64,000 nt of DNA. It comes from Armatimonadota bacterium. Lineage in GTDB: Bacteria; Armatimonadota; Zipacnadia; Zipacnadales; UBA5352. This document shows positions 61,445 through 64,000 of this stretch, piece after piece. The notes beneath the pieces are model-generated. The model was not told where the DNA came from and did no database searches. It worked only from the letters and a program-made list of their open reading frames with translations. A program made the position numbers and the translations under genes. Numbering within the stretch: position 1 is the stretch's first letter; the number at the start of each line of letters is the position of its first letter. The DNA lies in assembly GCA_034722055.1 (NCBI GenBank), contig JAYENL010000221.1:8681-72680 (forward strand), in the 5' to 3' direction.

Positions 61445-61690
61445 GTCAGGAAGCACCTCCTGGCCGGCGCCGCAGCGCCGACTGTGTAAGTGATGCCCGG
61501 CATGTGATGGCTACCGGGTCGGGGCGGAAAGAGCCTCTCGCAGCCATCATGGGCCAGGTGCATCCCGGCCGACAGGCCGCGAGCCTTCGCATAGCCTTCC
61601 CTCAGTATAGTCAACGATTCCAGCCCAGGCCGCGGTTCCCGGCGGAGGGATACTGTTCCGTCTGAGGAGAAGGCGGGCGTCGCGGTCCTG

Positions 61691-62848
61691 TCACACCAGC
61701 CAGAAGCTCAGTGACGATGCCACCAGGGCGGCGGTCAGTATGGCGAAGACCACCGTCAGGGCGAGCTTGCTGGCCGCCGCGTGCTGGCGCGCCCATCGGC
61801 GTATACGCTCCGATGTGGCGCCCCGCCACACGGCGATGGAGAGGGCGACCACCGGGAGGGTGAACATGGTGACGTAGAGCAGCAAGAGAGGAGTGGCGCG
61901 CGAGCTCAGCCCCTGGGTGCTGGAGACGTAGACCAGGGTGGGCAGGTAGATCTGCCCGGTGCAGACGAGCTCGAGGAGAGAGACGGCCGCGCCGGCTGCA
62001 AAGGCCAGCGCCAGGAAGGCCGGCCCACCCAGCAGTCGCCGGATGGTGGCGTGGCTGATGCGATGCAGGCCGGTGGGCAGCCGCAGGCTCATCTGCTGGG
62101 GTTGCCCCGAGCGCGCCCGGAGATAGTCGCGGAAGCTCAACGCAGTCAGCACCAGCGTCCCCGCGGCCATGGCCGGGTAGAGGAGTTTGGAGACGGCGCT
62201 GAATCCGGACAGCTCCTGCAGGCCCCGGAAGAGCCCCAGGCCCACCCCGAGGTAGGCGAGGAAGACGCCGGCCGCGAACAGCAGCCCGGTCGCCAGGATC
62301 TCCCCCTGCCCCCGGCCGGCGATGGTCAGGAACGAGACAAGGAATACCAGCGCCGCGAGCGCGCAGGGATTGACGCCATCGGCTAGGCCCGCCACGGCGA
62401 CGGTGACCGGCCCGAAGCGCTCGAAGACCTCCATCACGCGGTCGTGACCGTCAACGCGGGCCTCGGGCTCTGGTGGAGGGGGGACGGGCTTGCCCAGCAT
62501 GGAGGCCACCGTGGCAGGCACCTCCGCGTGGATCTCGGGGTAGCTGGTCCACCATCGATCGCCCAGGAAGACCGCGCCGTAGCCGACCCACCTCTCCTCC
62601 GGCACATCGTAGCGGTCATAGAACTGCATCATCAGCTCCACGTTCTCGGGCTCATCCACGGAGTAAACGTGGACCTTCAGCTCAGGATGCTCTCGCTGCA
62701 GCTCTGTAAGCATCTGCCGGACGTCCTCGCAGCGAGCGCAGCTCGGCTTGTAGAACAGATGAAGGTCAAGCGCCGTGTCGTCCTGCCCCGACGCCACACA
62801 GGCGCCCAGCAGGCTCATCGCGATGGTGAGCCCAAAGACACGCGTCAT
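61691..62848 (-). CDS. Glutaredoxin-like CxxC domain fused to CcdA/DsbD-beta transmembrane domain
   Basis: 'FYKPSCARC'; 'GLADGVNPCA' and 'LELVCTGQIYLP'; about six TM helices. Confidence 0.88.
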   Translation of the reverse strand: MTRVFGLTIAMSLLGACVASGQDDTALDLHLFYKPSCARCEDVRQMLTELQREHPELKVHVYSVDEPENVELMMQFYDRYDVPEERWVGYGAVFLGDRWWTSYPEIHAEVPATVASMLGKPVPPPPEPEARVDGHDRVMEVFERFGPVTVAVAGLADGVNPCALAALVFLVSFLTIAGRGQGEILATGLLFAAGVFLAYLGVGLGLFRGLQELSGFSAVSKLLYPAMAAGTLVLTALSFRDYLRARSGQPQQMSLRLPTGLHRISHATIRRLLGGPAFLALAFAAGAAVSLLELVCTGQIYLPTLVYVSSTQGLSSRATPLLLLYVTMFTLPVVALSIAVWRGATSERIRRWARQHAAASKLALTVVFAILTAALVASSLSFWLV

Positions 62849-63064
62849 AGATGCCTCCCTGGATTGCGCACCAGGCTTAGCCGTAGGTGGCCCGGCGCCC
62901 CGGCAGTCGAGCGACTGTGCCCGCCGGCTTCGGTGCGGACGATAGTAGATGACAGATTCGCCGCGGCGGTGCCACCGGCCTGCTGACCGATCCTGCAGGA
63001 TTCGGCAGCCGGCCGACGAAACGAGCGTGGCACGTGCCGACGGTCAGTGCAGGGAGCGAGAGAG

Positions 63065-63895
63065 ATGATCGATACCCATACCCATATCCACTACGACGGG
63101 CGGATCCCGGGGGAGCGCGTCGGCATCGGGCCTGACCAGCTCGTGGACAGCATGAACCGCAACGGCATCGACATGTCCGTGGTGCTGCCCATCGAGAGCC
63201 CGGAGGTCGTGACCAGCATCTGCATGACCGAGACCGTCATCGAGGCGGCGCTGCGCTACCCCGAGCGGCTCATTCCCTTCGTCCACGTGGACCCGCGAAT
63301 GCCCCGCGCCGAAACGGTGATCAGGCACTTCGCGGCCACCTGCAGCCTGGTGCGGGGATTCGGGGAGCTGGTGGACGGCCTGCCCATCGACCACGAGAGG
63401 CACAAGCTCATCTACGCCACCTGCAGCGACCTGGGCCTGCCGGTGATCTTCTACGGCAGCAGCTACTCCAACTTCGATGACACCGACTTCTCGGGGCTGG
63501 AGAGCTGTCTGCGGGAGTTCCCCGACCTGATCTTCATCGGCCACGGGCCCCGGTGGTGGAATGGCATCTCGGCCGACGACGACGGGAGCTGCGGCTACCC
63601 GGACACGCCGGTGGTGGAGGGCGGCTCGGCCGACCGCCTGCTGCAGGACTACGACAACATGTACGCCGACATCTCCGCGGGCTCGGGCTACAACGCCATG
63701 ACCCGTGATCCCGACTTCACCCAGGGCTTCATCGAGCGGAACTGGCGGAAGATCATGTTCGCCACCGACTACCTCTACGTGGGCCAGGAGCTGGGGCAGC
63801 TCGAGTGGATCCGCGAGACGCCCATGGCCCAGGAGCACCGCCAGGCCATCGCCGAGGGCAACGCCCGGAGGGTGCTGAGCCTGGACGAGGACTGA
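63065..63895 (+). CDS. Amidohydrolase family (Amidohydro_2) metal-dependent hydrolase
   Basis: 'IDTHTH', 'GFGE', 'FIGHG', 'YADISAGSG', 'IMFATD', 'NARRVL'. Confidence 0.88.
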   Translation: MIDTHTHIHYDGRIPGERVGIGPDQLVDSMNRNGIDMSVVLPIESPEVVTSICMTETVIEAALRYPERLIPFVHVDPRMPRAETVIRHFAATCSLVRGFGELVDGLPIDHERHKLIYATCSDLGLPVIFYGSSYSNFDDTDFSGLESCLREFPDLIFIGHGPRWWNGISADDDGSCGYPDTPVVEGGSADRLLQDYDNMYADISAGSGYNAMTRDPDFTQGFIERNWRKIMFATDYLYVGQELGQLEWIRETPMAQEHRQAIAEGNARRVLSLDED

Positions 63896-64000
63896 TGCGG
63901 GCGAGTCTTCTACTGGCTCCCGGCGGCGAAGGTCAGGCGCCCGAAGAACGGCCAGTTGTGAAAGCTCCCCCAGGTGGGCGCCCAGCATGAGAGCTGCCCT

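Noticed and set aside
59170..61620. Seemingly lower GC3 suggesting a horizontally acquired island
   Set aside because: Impression by eye only; no integrase, tRNA or flanking repeats; needs computed codon statistics.

Overview
High-GC, gene-dense bacterial window with about 46 credible CDS, no rRNA, tRNA, CRISPR array or transposase that I could find. A prepilin/DUF1559-type gene, a PEP-CTERM protein and many large secreted orphan glycan enzymes suggest an Armatimonadota-like organism (inference). Main content: (1) a complete N-type ATPase operon atpDCQRBEFAG (5840-12796, minus strand) with a Na+-binding c-subunit signature, followed by an ECF sigma / double-zinc-finger anti-sigma pair; (2) carbohydrate catabolism: heparinase II/III-like, PL26/YetA-like, GH140-like, GH42-like, DUF4838, CBM9, two sulfatases, rhaA, oxidoreductases and an aldolase; (3) a BlaI/M56 pair with a clear promoter and operator; (4) a CcdA / Cys-rich ModA-like / DUF1559 / degenerate DsbA module. 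Intergenic DNA holds four non-autonomous elements of two families with Tn5/IS50-like ends and 9-10 bp target duplications, plus REP-like hairpins and tandem repeats. Best candidates for undescribed biology: the Tn5-type MITEs carrying palindromic cargo, the thiol-redox/ModA-like/pilin-like module, a QueG-like plus SPL-like radical-SAM pair inside a pectin-lyase operon, a PEP-CTERM caspase-fold protein, and a shared C-terminal motif on two secreted proteins of one operon. All family calls come from motif recognition by eye; no searches were run.
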